In this document: positions 26,688-37,107 of the stretch, piece after piece | Layout: the number at the start of each line of letters is the position of its first letter | Numbering within the stretch: the stretch's first letter is position 1 | Assembly (NCBI GenBank): GCA_963668025.2 | Contig: CAXXTH010000017.1 | Coordinates: 1,280,001 to 1,344,000 of the forward strand | Length of the DNA stretch: 64,000 bases | From: Candidatus Hydrogenedentota bacterium | GTDB taxonomy: Bacteria > Hydrogenedentota > Hydrogenedentia > Hydrogenedentales > SLHB01 | Direction of reading: 5' to 3' | Program-made: the position numbers and the translations under genes | Notes under the pieces: model-generated | What the model was told of the DNA's origin: nothing | The model's database searches: none | What the model saw: the letters and a program-made list of their open reading frames with translations, nothing else

Positions 26688-29600
26688 ATGAGCTTTAAGC
26701 CCCGATTGTCATCTGAGCGGCGATGCGAGATTTGCGGTGTGTTCGTGCTCGCATGCACGATTCTGTTGTTTCTTGCCCTTGTGACCGATGGATTCCATGG
26801 CGATATGCGCCGCCCCCTTGACGACATGAGCCAAGTGCCGAATGCCCTTGGCAAGCCGGGCGGCATTGCAGCGACGGTGTTGACGCTTGTGTTGGGGCGC
26901 GCCGCCCACATCCTCTATTGCGTGGGGGCCATTTGGGGCTGCATGCTCATGCTCCACATGCCCCTGGACCGCTTGTTTTCCCGGCTCAGCGGCCTGGTGG
27001 TGCTCGTGGTTGCCGCCGCCATGCTGTTCAGCATTGATGGGCCGTATGTGCTGCATGGCGCTGCGCTCACCGCGGCCGCCGCACCCAGTGACGCCATTCC
27101 AAAAGAAGAGCCTCTTGGAGGCCTTGTAGGCGCATTTTTGGCCGCCATGACAGCTCCCAATTTGGGCATGATCGGCGCGAATGTCATCGCGGGCGCGCTT
27201 ATTCTTGTAGGCATTTTGCTCTCGACGGAATTTTTGTTATTCCAGGCCCTCGGCCAAACAAAGCCGCTGTTTGTCGCCATGGGAGAGCTGGCGTATTACG
27301 TGGGATATGGCGTTTTATGGATGGCGGCCTGGATGCTGGGCGGCTTTTGGCGTCTATTAACGCAGCGCCGCACCAAGACAAGACGCCGGGTGCTCGTGCT
27401 CGCGCCAGAGCCTGCCATCGAGCGCTTCGATGACGATGAAGAATATGAGCCGGAGCTGCCCGTCGTACAGCCAGCGCCTCAAACGGTGCGGGAATTCATC
27501 GAGGTGGACCTCGGCTTTACGCCGCCTCCTGCATACCAAGCGCCTGCGCCCGCAGCGGCCCCATTGGAGCCTGCTATCGCGCCAATGGAAAATGTACATG
27601 CCCCCTCCGTATTAAATAGCGGTTTTATCGATGAGGGGGCGGACGAGATCCCGTTTGCGTTGCCCCCCATGGAGGAAAGTGTTGCGCTGTTTGATCCGGC
27701 CGCGACGCTTCCCGCCGCCCCGTTTGATTTGCCATCCGCCGCCCCAGTTCCGTTTGAATCGCCCGCTGCTGCTGTTCCATTCGAGATGCCATCCGAGCCT
27801 GTAGCGGTATTCGAGCAGCCCGTGGCACCGCCCGCTGAACGTATTGCGGAGCGGGAAATGCCTCGCATTGTCACATTCGCATCGCCGGTGTTAGCCACGG
27901 CGGCGCCCTCTCATGAAGAAGTGGAAGAGCCCATGGCGGAAGTATCGTGCGAACCGCCTGCGGCGGACTCGAATCTGATCGATTCGCTTGAAGAAGATGT
28001 GCAAGAGCGCATCCGTGTGGTGCAGCGCCTGATCGAGAATGGCGGCATTTCACAAGCCCCGGCAGCCGTTTCGGCCAACGACTCCGAACAAGAGGGGCAG
28101 GAGGAAGACGCGGCTTCCGAGAGTCTGGAAGCCGAATCGGAAATAGTTTCGGCTGTTCCACAGGCCACTGCTAAAAAAGTGAACACCAAGCCGCTTCCGC
28201 GCCGCAAGAATATGGAAATGGACGAGTTGCCCGCGGATTACGTATATCCCAAACGTTATGCCAAACCGCCCATCGACTTGTTTAATCCGCCGCCGCCTCG
28301 CTCGACCGCCGACCAGAGCAGCCATTTGCTGCGCACGAGCGCCTTGCTCGAGGAAACGCTACGGACGTTCAAAATCGAAGCGCGGGTGACGGATATTACG
28401 TGCGGGCCGACCATTACACGGTATGAACTGGAGCCCGCGCCGGGCATCAAAGTGAGCCGGTTCACTGCCCTTGCCGATGACATCGCCTTGGCCCTCAAAG
28501 CCCACCGGGTGCGTGTCGAAGCCCCTATCCCAGGCAAAGGGCGCGTGGGTGTTGAAGTGCCCAATATCCACCGGGAACCGGTGGTGTTCCGTGAGCTGTT
28601 GGAATCACAGAAATTTGCCAAAAGCAAAGGCGCATTGCGGCTGGTGGTGGGAAAAGACATCACCGGCGAGGTCGTCGTGGCCGATATGGCCGCCATGCCC
28701 CACCTGCTCGTGGCGGGCGCCACGGGCGCGGGGAAAACGGTCTGCGTGAAGACCATGATCGCAAGCCTGCTCTGCACGCTGACGCCCGAAGAACTGCAAG
28801 TGCTGTTTATCGACCCCAAAATGGTCGAATTGTCCATCTTCAACGATATCCCACACCTGATTACGCCGGTGGTCACCGATCCTAAAAAAGCCGCCACGTC
28901 GCTGCGCTGGCTCATCACCGAAATGGAGGAGCGCTACCGCCTCTTCTCCCACTTGCGCGTGCGGAACATCGAGGTGTACAACGCAAGTGTTGAAAACGGC
29001 GAGATCGAAATGCCTGAATCGGAAGGGCATGCGGTGGATTCCGTGGATGTCATCCGGAAACTGCCTTATATCGTCTGCATTATAGACGAATTGGCGGACC
29101 TGATGATGCTGGCGCGGGCGGAAGTGGAAGACGCCATCGCGCGGCTGGCGCAATTGGCGCGCGCGGTGGGGATTCATCTTATCATCGCGACGCAGCGTCC
29201 TTCCGTGGATGTATTGACCGGTGTAATTAAGGCGAATTTCCCGGCACGCATGTCGTTCCAAGTCTCCTCGAAGGTCGATTCCCGCTGCATTCTGGACCAG
29301 ATGGGCGCGGAGAAGCTGATTGGCAAAGGCGATATGCTGTTTCTGCCTGCTGGCCAGTCCAAACCTACGCGCGTGCAAGGGGCGTTCATCAGCGACGAAG
29401 AAATGAACGACCTAATCATGTATTTGAAGACACAAGCTCCGCCGCAGTATCGTGATGAAATTGCACGCTTCGGCTGTGATAAAGAAGCCCTCGAAAGCCT
29501 CGAGGGTGAGGACGACGATCTGTTTGAGGATGCCGTCCGGGTGGTTTTGGAGACGGGACAAGCCAGTATTTCGATGGTGCAAAGACGATTGCGAGTGGGG

Positions 29601-29720
29601 TATACTAGAGCCGCCCGCCTCATTGATATGATGGAAATGAAGGGGATTGTGGGGCCGCATGTGGGAAGCAAAGCGCGAGAGATCCTTGTCGAGATCACGC
29701 CTAGTGACGAGGTCGCATGA
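26688..29720 (+). CDS. ftsK: DNA translocase FtsK
   Basis: N-terminal 4TM domain, long linker, PHLLVAGATGAGKT, IDPKMVEL, IIDELADLMM, ATQRPSVDV, and gamma domain QRRLRVGYTRAARLID. Confidence 0.97.
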   Translation: MSFKPRLSSERRCEICGVFVLACTILLFLALVTDGFHGDMRRPLDDMSQVPNALGKPGGIAATVLTLVLGRAAHILYCVGAIWGCMLMLHMPLDRLFSRLSGLVVLVVAAAMLFSIDGPYVLHGAALTAAAAPSDAIPKEEPLGGLVGAFLAAMTAPNLGMIGANVIAGALILVGILLSTEFLLFQALGQTKPLFVAMGELAYYVGYGVLWMAAWMLGGFWRLLTQRRTKTRRRVLVLAPEPAIERFDDDEEYEPELPVVQPAPQTVREFIEVDLGFTPPPAYQAPAPAAAPLEPAIAPMENVHAPSVLNSGFIDEGADEIPFALPPMEESVALFDPAATLPAAPFDLPSAAPVPFESPAAAVPFEMPSEPVAVFEQPVAPPAERIAEREMPRIVTFASPVLATAAPSHEEVEEPMAEVSCEPPAADSNLIDSLEEDVQERIRVVQRLIENGGISQAPAAVSANDSEQEGQEEDAASESLEAESEIVSAVPQATAKKVNTKPLPRRKNMEMDELPADYVYPKRYAKPPIDLFNPPPPRSTADQSSHLLRTSALLEETLRTFKIEARVTDITCGPTITRYELEPAPGIKVSRFTALADDIALALKAHRVRVEAPIPGKGRVGVEVPNIHREPVVFRELLESQKFAKSKGALRLVVGKDITGEVVVADMAAMPHLLVAGATGAGKTVCVKTMIASLLCTLTPEELQVLFIDPKMVELSIFNDIPHLITPVVTDPKKAATSLRWLITEMEERYRLFSHLRVRNIEVYNASVENGEIEMPESEGHAVDSVDVIRKLPYIVCIIDELADLMMLARAEVEDAIARLAQLARAVGIHLIIATQRPSVDVLTGVIKANFPARMSFQVSSKVDSRCILDQMGAEKLIGKGDMLFLPAGQSKPTRVQGAFISDEEMNDLIMYLKTQAPPQYRDEIARFGCDKEALESLEGEDDDLFEDAVRVVLETGQASISMVQRRLRVGYTRAARLIDMMEMKGIVGPHVGSKAREILVEITPSDEVA

Positions 29721-30190
29721 AACTGGAATCCTTCAACGGACAGATGCTCAGGGAACGGCGCATGGCAATGGGCCTGCGTCCAAAAGACGTGTACCTTAAG
29801 ACACGCATCCCCCAAGCATATGTGGAACATCTAGAGAGCGCCGCATTGGATGCGCTGCCTGCTCCGTGTTATACCGTGGGATTCCTGCGCTCCTATTGTG
29901 CTTTTCTAGGACTTGACGCCGAGCCGTTTTTACGCGCCTACCATGCATCCGTGCTGCCGCAGCAGCGCGTATTGTTCCGCCGGGGCGTGGCGATTCCTTC
30001 TTCCCGCCTTCGCGGGCTTTCAGACGCGCTTACCTGGGCTGCGGTATGCGCCTTTATTGGGCTGGCCTGGTTTGCGTATAGCGTGGTGGTCCAGCCTCAT
30101 GCGGATGTGGCCGAAAACCAAGTGGAAGCGACAACGAACCACATGGTCGTGCCGCCCACGCCCCAATGGCCTGGCCAGCCGCGCCCGTAA
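29717..30190 (+). CDS. RodZ-like HTH membrane protein (short)
   Basis: GQMLRERR...TRI...LE...YTVGFLRSYC.FLGLD plus one TM; ATGA overlap with ftsK. Confidence 0.85.
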   Translation: MKLESFNGQMLRERRMAMGLRPKDVYLKTRIPQAYVEHLESAALDALPAPCYTVGFLRSYCAFLGLDAEPFLRAYHASVLPQQRVLFRRGVAIPSSRLRGLSDALTWAAVCAFIGLAWFAYSVVVQPHADVAENQVEATTNHMVVPPTPQWPGQPRP

Positions 30191-30277
30191 AACTTCCCGT
30201 ATAAAACCTTGCACCAAAAAAAGCCCACCTAATGCGCAAGCCTAAGCCATTGCACTAGACGGGCATATGCGGCCTAT

Positions 30278-31279
30278 TCAGTTTTTCTTGGGTTGCATCA
30301 TCTGCTGCTGCAGCTTTGTCATACTTTCCATTTGCTGGATAAACGCATCCACTTGGCTCAGTTGATCCGGTTCAAGTGAGGTGGACAAGCGGTCCCGCGC
30401 CCGCTGGAAGGCGTCCAACTGGGCATTCTGTCCGGATGCTTGCCCCGTGGGATTCGAGAAATCGGCGCCTGTCGCCAGCAATTCCTCCGTAATAGTCTGC
30501 CTGGCCAGTTCGCGGCTTTCGGACGTAAGGCCGGGCGCCATCATACCGAGCTGCATGTCAATGCCTTTACTCACCATATTGGCTGATTTGTTGGCCTCAT
30601 AAGTTTCCCAAGTCGACATCTCGACGGGAGTGAGGACACTGCCCATTTGGGCGCGCAACGTTTTATCCAGTTCCGCCATTTTGGCTTGGGCGGCGGCGGC
30701 ATCGATTTTACCCTGCATCGCATCGAGGCCAATGCGCATGGCTTCCTTTTGATATTCCGATAATATGGATTTAGCTTGTTGCTGTTTTTCCGGGCTGAGC
30801 TGGGCTTCGTTGAAATAGTCGCCGTACATCATATTGAGCTGCGTTTGGACGCTCATATCCATCAAGGCTTCGCCCTTTTCACCTTCGAACATGGCCGCCA
30901 TTCCCGCCATGGGATTGGCGTTTTCACCCTCAGCCGGCTTGCCCTGTCCACCCAGCATCTTCGCGAATGCTTCGGCCATGCTTGGTTCGGCGGAAGCCTC
31001 TGGCGCTTTGGCGGCAGTTTCAGCCTTCTGCTTCAAATCGACAAGCTCCGCCTTGAGCGCGGCAAGATCATCGTCGGCTTTCGCAAGGTCGCTTTTCAGC
31101 TCCTTTATTACATCCTGCGTCTTTTCCTGCTCTGCTTGCGCGGTGGCTTGGGCTTGCTCCAACTGGCCGCGTAAATCCTTTACCACATTTTCGCGTGATA
31201 TGCCCCAAATGACTAGCGCGATAATGATCACGAAATCCATTGCGGCAACAAGCCATCCAATCCGGCCCATACCAGACAT
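30278..31279 (-). CDS. Hypothetical membrane-anchored coiled-coil protein
   Basis: N-terminal TM followed by a heptad-rich, Met/Gln-rich helical body; GGGAGG RBS before ATG 31279. Confidence 0.8.
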   Translation of the reverse strand: MSGMGRIGWLVAAMDFVIIIALVIWGISRENVVKDLRGQLEQAQATAQAEQEKTQDVIKELKSDLAKADDDLAALKAELVDLKQKAETAAKAPEASAEPSMAEAFAKMLGGQGKPAEGENANPMAGMAAMFEGEKGEALMDMSVQTQLNMMYGDYFNEAQLSPEKQQQAKSILSEYQKEAMRIGLDAMQGKIDAAAAQAKMAELDKTLRAQMGSVLTPVEMSTWETYEANKSANMVSKGIDMQLGMMAPGLTSESRELARQTITEELLATGADFSNPTGQASGQNAQLDAFQRARDRLSTSLEPDQLSQVDAFIQQMESMTKLQQQMMQPKKN

Positions 31280-31416
31280 ATTCGCCTCCCTCTTTTTGTA
31301 GCCGCCACGCCTGAACCTACCCACGGCGGTGTTTGCTAACGGTATACCATGTTATGGGTTCAGGTGTAAAACGCGCTGCATATAAATCCGTGCAAGCGCA
31401 AGGCGAAGGAGCCTGC

Positions 31417-31575
31417 TTATGTCTCCCCGTTCGCCGTCGGCATCAATTGCTGGAGTTGCTTTTGCTTTTTCATGATGCTTTCCCGTTGCAGAATATACCG
31501 GTCAATGAAGGCGATTTGGTCGGGCTTAAGTTCAGCGGCCAAGCGTTCCAGTGCATGCTGATACCAGGATTGAGC
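31417..31575 (-). pseudogene. 3' remnant of a paralogue of the 30278-31279 gene
   Basis: Translates as AQSWYQHALERLAAELKPDQIAFIDRYILQRESIMKKQKQLQQLMPTANGET*, aligning with FQRARDRLSTSLEPDQLSQVDAFIQQMESMTKLQQQMMQP. No upstream start. Confidence 0.7.
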
Positions 31576-31582
31576 TCAGAAA

Positions 31583-33067
31583 CAGGAGTTCCCCCAGAAA
31601 AAGGGGTGTCATAACCGCAACTACTTATGCTGAATTGACTTACCTCTCTACAGAAGTATCCTTGGCGGATTTTGGGGGATCTTTCGTCAAGTTGAAACGG
31701 CCTCCCTGGTGCGAGAGAATCTTGGTGTGAAAAGCCACAACTCCAACGCAATCAAGGAGGACCGCCGATGAATGCTACCAGAGTTGCTCGAAACTTGCGA
31801 GTTCGCATAGGGCGATTTTCGGGGGATCTCTCGAAAGGCCTTTGTGTAGCGGCCCAACGCTTCGTTTCCCAGATGGTGTACGGCATTCAGGCTTCCGAAT
31901 CGGTGCTGCTCACGGAGATAGGCCGAACCCTGGGGGAGGACATTCCCCTGCGCAAAACGCACAACCGGCAATCGAGGAATTTGCAGCGGCCCGAGTTGGA
32001 AGAAACCATCCAGGAAAACGTGCTGCGCATGGCATCGAGCCGGGTGGCGCAGGACACGCTGCTCCTTATTGACCCTTCGGATCTTTCCAAGAAGTACGCC
32101 CAAAAGATGGAGTATCTGGCCACGGTGCACGACGGCAGCGCGCACGATTTGGCCCAGGGGTATTGGACGCTTCACATCGCCGGGTGCGGGGTGGATTCCG
32201 ATGGCATGATTCCATTGTATCAGCGGTTATGGTCCGCCGATGCGCCGGGCTTTACCAGCGAGAATGACGAGATTTTGCGCGGGATAGATGCGGTGGCGGC
32301 GCACGTGGGCCGCCGCGGCCTGTGGGTCATGGACCGTGGCGGGGACCGCATCAATTTATTTGATGCCCTTCTGGAGCGCCAGCTACGGTTTCTTTTCCGC
32401 TTGGTGGGCAACCGGAATGTGCTTCACAAAGGACAGTTGATGCTAGCCGAGAAAGCCGCGAACCATTGCCCCATGATGCACTCCCAAACCATAGCGCGCA
32501 TCGAAGATGGAGAAGAGAAGGTGTACACCTTGCGTTTTGGATATTGCGGAGTCCGCCTGCCCGAACGTGCAGAACCCCTGCATTTACTGGTAATTCACGG
32601 CTTTGGGGCCAAACCCCTCCTGCTGCTGACCAATGAGCCTCTGTCCAAAAGCTACAAATGCCTATGGCGCATGGTCCGCGCCTACCTCAAACGATGGAGT
32701 ATCGAAGAAACCATTCGCTACGCCAAGACCTGCTATGACCTCGATAACGTCCGGGTGCTGAACTACCAAGGCCTGCAAAACTTAATGCCGCTGGTGTTGG
32801 CCGCGATGTATTTCGCGGCCTGCGTGCTCGACAACGATTCCCGCTTACGGGTGATGGCTGGTTTTGTAGAAAAGGCCGCCAAACGCCTCTTCGGCATCCC
32901 TGATTTCAAGTACTACGCCCTCGCCGACGGATTACGAGCGCTCCTGACCCGATGCCCAGGCGCCCCTGTGACGCCCAAACAACTCTCCAAATCGTCCCAG
33001 ATGACCCTGTTTGCTTTCGATTCCCCATGAAAGCAGTTTCCTCTGTAAATTCTGGGGGGAACTCCTG
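31583..33067 (+). mobile_element. IS4-family insertion sequence, about 1485 bp
   Basis: TIRs CAGGAGTTCCCCCAGAA (31583-31599) and TTCTGGGGGGAACTCCTG (33050-33067, one extra G); 9-bp target duplication GCTCAGAAA (31574-31582, 33068-33076). Confidence 0.93.
31768..33030 (+). CDS. IS4-family DDE transposase
   Basis: LIDPSD, MDRGGD, and the Y-x2-R-x3-E-x6-K motif YLKRWSIEETIRYAK. Confidence 0.93.
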   Translation: MNATRVARNLRVRIGRFSGDLSKGLCVAAQRFVSQMVYGIQASESVLLTEIGRTLGEDIPLRKTHNRQSRNLQRPELEETIQENVLRMASSRVAQDTLLLIDPSDLSKKYAQKMEYLATVHDGSAHDLAQGYWTLHIAGCGVDSDGMIPLYQRLWSADAPGFTSENDEILRGIDAVAAHVGRRGLWVMDRGGDRINLFDALLERQLRFLFRLVGNRNVLHKGQLMLAEKAANHCPMMHSQTIARIEDGEEKVYTLRFGYCGVRLPERAEPLHLLVIHGFGAKPLLLLTNEPLSKSYKCLWRMVRAYLKRWSIEETIRYAKTCYDLDNVRVLNYQGLQNLMPLVLAAMYFAACVLDNDSRLRVMAGFVEKAAKRLFGIPDFKYYALADGLRALLTRCPGAPVTPKQLSKSSQMTLFAFDSP

Positions 33068-33079
33068 GCTCAGAAAATC

Positions 33080-33108
33080 TTGAACCATCTGGTTTTATGT
33101 GGTAAACT
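33080..33108 (+). promoter_or_regulatory. Sigma70 promoter of tRNA-Ala
   Basis: TTGAAC, 17-bp spacer, TAAACT with an extended TGTG. Confidence 0.65.
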
Positions 33109-33145
33109 TCTTCTGCTTTAAGAAAACAGTGGAGATTTATTTATT

Positions 33146-33221
33146 GGGGATGTAGCTCAGTTGGGAGAGCGCATGACTGGCAGTCATGAGGTCAGGGGTT
33201 CGATCCCCCTCATCTCCACCA
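33146..33221 (+). tRNA. tRNA-Ala (GGC)
   Basis: 76-nt cloverleaf, anticodon arm CATGA-CTGGCAG-TCATG, GTTCGATCC T-loop, G3:U70 pair, encoded CCA. Confidence 0.98.
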
Positions 33222-33222
33222 A

Positions 33223-33251
33223 TGTAAGCCATTAAGCCTCAATGACTTACA
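33223..33251. repeat. Dyad immediately after the tRNA 3' end
   Basis: TGTAAGCCATT-N7-AATGACTTACA (10/11 complementary). Confidence 0.7.
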
Positions 33252-33558
33252 AAAGATAGTCCTTGAGGATTTTTTAAACCAATTTCCGCCAGAGATCCAG
33301 CAGTCTCCAAAATATCCCTGATAGTTTCACTGTCGTCCTGTCTGTATTTACCTATTTTCCTCAGCCGTGCAAATCCGGGAAATAGTCGTTTGACTAGTTA
33401 GTGTTGCATAGGTTTGAGTAGGGCAATGCCTCGTAACTTTCCTTGATTGAATCACTTCAGCATTCAGGCAATAATCATTGCGGGAGTGCTCCATTTTCGT
33501 GTTGTTATTCGCTTCATTCGAAAACCGGAACCGCCAGTCGTAAAGGGAGGTTACGAAA

Positions 33559-35562
33559 GTGCAGATTCTTCAGATTTTTGTGGTGTTGTGCATCACCAGT
33601 GTAGCTGCCGCGAATCCAGAAGATAGCGATCGTTGGGCCCTGGATTCCGACGCAAGTATTTGCTGGGGCACACCAGACGGCGCGCCGCTCCCGCCGCATC
33701 AAGACCACATCGAAATGAGTGGGCGGCAGGTGTCACTGATTCTGAGTTACGGTGTGGATGAATCCGGCTCACTTCTGTTAAGCCGTCACTTGGTGTGGCC
33801 TATGTTGCGTACGATTCCAAACGACACGCACGCGAGCTTGCAGCAGGATTTTGCATCAGAGGCGTCCGTATCGATGCGCACGTGCGACGGAACCGCTATT
33901 CTGGAACATCCGGTCCAATTTCGTTTGCGTGGTTTATTATCGGTGGTGAGCCGTACCGACAATGGCCTTGAGATCACGCGCACCTTGCTGCCTTGCACCA
34001 ACCTGCCTGCCGTGATTGAAAACTGCGAGATTCGGAACACCGGAGATCAGCCTTGTGCGATAACGCTGGAATGTACGCCCGCTGATATACACACCGACCC
34101 ATCGAAAGGGGTATATGGCGAATACGTGCTCACGTCGCAATACGTAGGGCCGGGCAAAGCGGAGTTAGCGCCGGGCATATCGATGTCATGCAGTGTAATC
34201 TATTCCGGACGCAACGCTACCGACCCGGCGCTCGCATTGAATCCCAAAAAAGAAGAGGAACTTCGCCGGGCATATGTGAACAGCCTGTGGAAAACGCTGA
34301 TTTTCGTTTGTCCTGATCCGGAATTGTTCGTGTCTTTTGCATTCGCCAAGATTCGGGCCGCGGAAAGCATTTTCGCCACGAAGGGCGGGCTCATGCATGG
34401 GCCAGGCGGCGGCGCGTATTACGCGGCCATTTGGGCGAATGATCAGGCTGAATATGCGGGCCCCATCTTTCCATTCCTGGGCGATCCTGGCGGCAATGAA
34501 GCATCGCTGAACGCTTATCGCCATTTTGCGCGGTTCATGAATCCGGAATACAAGCCTATCCCCAGCTCGATTATCGCCGAAGGCGCGGATATCTGGAATG
34601 GCGCGGGCGACCGGGGCGATGCCGCCATGATCGCCTATGGTTCGGCCCGTTTCGCATTGGCGCGGGGCGATCGCGCCATCGCGGAAGAACTCTGGCCGCT
34701 CATCGCATGGTGCTTGGAGTATTGCCAGCGGAAAACCACTCCAGACGGCGTGATCGCATCCAATTGCGACGAGTTGGAAGGACGGTTTCCAGCGGGTGAA
34801 GCTAATCTATGCACCGCGTCGCTTGCCTATGACGCACTGCGTTCCGCCGTGCGGTTAGGCAAGGACTTGGGCAAGCCCGAACCGGAACTGGCTACGTACG
34901 CCGAACGCGCGGACGCGTTGCGCCAAGCCATCGATAAGTATTTCGGCGCGAAGATGGATGGTTTCGAGACGTATCAGTATTATCAGGGCAATCAGGACTT
35001 GCGCGCCTGGATTTGCATTCCGCTGGCCATGGGCATTTTCGACCGTCGCGATGGCACTCTTGCGGCCCTGTTCTCGCCTCGATTGTGGACCGAGGATGGT
35101 TTGGCCACCCAAGCGGGCGAAAAGACTTTCTGGGATCGCGCCACACTCTATGGCATGCGCGGCGCATTCTATGCGGGCGACACGGAGCGCACCCTGCAAT
35201 ATTTCCAGGCCTATTCAAAGCGGCGTCTGTTGGGCGAGCACGTGCCTTATCCCGTGGAAGCATGGCCGGAAGGCAACCAGCGCCATCTCTCCGCGGAAAG
35301 CGCCCTTTATTGCCGCGTGGTTACCGAAGGCCTCTTCGGCATACGCCCAACGGGCCTGCGCACCTTCGAGTGCATGCCACGCCTGCCCCAGGCTTGGCGA
35401 AACATGGCGCTGAAAAATGTGCAGGCTTTTGTCCATCCCTTCGACTTGAACGTACACCGGGAGGATGGCAAGGTTTGGGTGCAGATCACGGCCAACGGGC
35501 AGGAAATGCTGCACGAGCCTTTTGACGGCAGCCAACCGATTATTATGCATATGCCGGAGTGA
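33559..35562 (+). CDS. Secreted six-hairpin glycosidase-like protein
   Basis: GTG start with GGGAGG RBS and signal peptide; YYAAIWANDQAEY, DELEGRFP and EAWPEGNQRHLSAES in a helical C-terminal domain. Confidence 0.7.
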   Translation: MQILQIFVVLCITSVAAANPEDSDRWALDSDASICWGTPDGAPLPPHQDHIEMSGRQVSLILSYGVDESGSLLLSRHLVWPMLRTIPNDTHASLQQDFASEASVSMRTCDGTAILEHPVQFRLRGLLSVVSRTDNGLEITRTLLPCTNLPAVIENCEIRNTGDQPCAITLECTPADIHTDPSKGVYGEYVLTSQYVGPGKAELAPGISMSCSVIYSGRNATDPALALNPKKEEELRRAYVNSLWKTLIFVCPDPELFVSFAFAKIRAAESIFATKGGLMHGPGGGAYYAAIWANDQAEYAGPIFPFLGDPGGNEASLNAYRHFARFMNPEYKPIPSSIIAEGADIWNGAGDRGDAAMIAYGSARFALARGDRAIAEELWPLIAWCLEYCQRKTTPDGVIASNCDELEGRFPAGEANLCTASLAYDALRSAVRLGKDLGKPEPELATYAERADALRQAIDKYFGAKMDGFETYQYYQGNQDLRAWICIPLAMGIFDRRDGTLAALFSPRLWTEDGLATQAGEKTFWDRATLYGMRGAFYAGDTERTLQYFQAYSKRRLLGEHVPYPVEAWPEGNQRHLSAESALYCRVVTEGLFGIRPTGLRTFECMPRLPQAWRNMALKNVQAFVHPFDLNVHREDGKVWVQITANGQEMLHEPFDGSQPIIMHMPE

Positions 35563-35694
35563 TGAGCGCCTATAAGCCATTTCTTGATGAAGCGCTCAAA
35601 ATGTATAGCAAAAAACATCCGGTGTTTCTTTAGTGGTAAAAAGTGTTGCTTGTGTTGCACATCCTGTTATCATGCCTTTTGTCGCGCCTACGCG

Positions 35695-37089
35695 TTACGC
35701 CTTATCTGAGAAATGCTTCAGCGGGAAAATGGGTGAAGGTTCCACAGTGGAGAGCGATGCTTCCCATCCGGTCAACAGCTTCCGGTGCGCTTCAATGGTA
35801 TCCGCATATTTCGGCTGATCGAACAGATTCACCATCTCCCAGGGGTCTGCTTTCATATCAAAGAGCTGCTCGATGGGATCATTGGGGTATTTGACGTATT
35901 TGTACTGTTCCGTTCGGAGCATGCGGCCGACGAGCTGGGTTTCGGCCGCGACAAATTCCCGCCACGTCGTGGTTTTGTTTTCAAGGATCGGCCGCAAGCT
36001 ATGTCCTGCCATGTGCGGAGGAGATGGGATGCCTGCCAAGTCGCACATCGTGGGCATGATATCGAGGCCGCTGGCCAGATGCTGGTCGTCTTTCCGGCCG
36101 GACTGGAATTCCTCTGGGTGCGAGATTATCAACGGGACTTTGACGGATTCGTCGTAGGGATACCATTTTTCGACATGGGCATGCCGGCCGGCGCCTTCGC
36201 CGTGGTCGCTTGTAAAGATAATGATGGTGCTTTTGGCCAGTCCAGTGTCCTCCAAGGCGTCCAAGATACGGCCGACGTCGGCATCCAGCATTTCCACCAT
36301 GCGGTAATAACAGTAGAGATAGAACTGCCACTGCTCATCATTAAAATAGCTAACGTGAGTCTTCGCCAATGCCTGGGGCTCTTTTGGAAAGATCCTGTTG
36401 TTGGGCGGCAGCGGAGGCAGTTGGCCCTTCAGGTCTGGAAATGCCAGGGTTTTGGGCGCCAGGACGTCGTGTAGGAAATCGATGGCGTAATAGCAGATAT
36501 CGTGGGGTTGGACGAATCCGGCAAACAACACAAAAGGTTGTTTGCTGGCCCTGGTGCGGAGGTAGGTCTCGCAATTGAGAGAGGTAATCGGATCGACGAG
36601 ATCGCCTTGGGCTTCCCCATTGGGCAGGACGGTCCAGCCTAGGATCTCCGATGGATAGACGCGGGGCAGATGATGTTTGCCCGAATACACCGTCTCATAT
36701 CCATTTAGCCGGAACCATTCCCCCATCGTGGCCACATCGGCATTGATCTCTCGGTTGTTGCTGATAACGCCAGTTTCGACCGGCATGCGGCCGGTCAGCC
36801 AACTGCTGCGGGCGGGCGAGCAAACAGGAGATGTGCTGTGAGATTCCAGGAAAGAAACGCCCTGATGAACCAAGCGATCGATGTTTGGTGTTTGGACATA
36901 GGCGCATCCATGTCCGGAGATGGCGTCCAGGAGTAGTTGGTCGCAGGTGATTAAGGCGAAATTCGGACGTTTCTTGTTGCCGATGGCAAAGGCGGATTGG
37001 CCCGCCCATGCTCCACTTAGGAGAGCGCCCGTGCTGAGTACGCTGGCTTTCATAAAGTTGCGGCGCGTGAGATCGTGTTTGTTCGGCAT
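35695..37089 (-). CDS. Tat-exported Cys-type (FGly) sulfatase
   Basis: TRRNFMK twin-arginine signal, CSPARSSWLTGR, GKHHL, FTSDHGE. Confidence 0.93.
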   Translation of the reverse strand: MPNKHDLTRRNFMKASVLSTGALLSGAWAGQSAFAIGNKKRPNFALITCDQLLLDAISGHGCAYVQTPNIDRLVHQGVSFLESHSTSPVCSPARSSWLTGRMPVETGVISNNREINADVATMGEWFRLNGYETVYSGKHHLPRVYPSEILGWTVLPNGEAQGDLVDPITSLNCETYLRTRASKQPFVLFAGFVQPHDICYYAIDFLHDVLAPKTLAFPDLKGQLPPLPPNNRIFPKEPQALAKTHVSYFNDEQWQFYLYCYYRMVEMLDADVGRILDALEDTGLAKSTIIIFTSDHGEGAGRHAHVEKWYPYDESVKVPLIISHPEEFQSGRKDDQHLASGLDIMPTMCDLAGIPSPPHMAGHSLRPILENKTTTWREFVAAETQLVGRMLRTEQYKYVKYPNDPIEQLFDMKADPWEMVNLFDQPKYADTIEAHRKLLTGWEASLSTVEPSPIFPLKHFSDKA

Positions 37090-37107
37090 GGTGGAACCTC
37101 CGTATCG

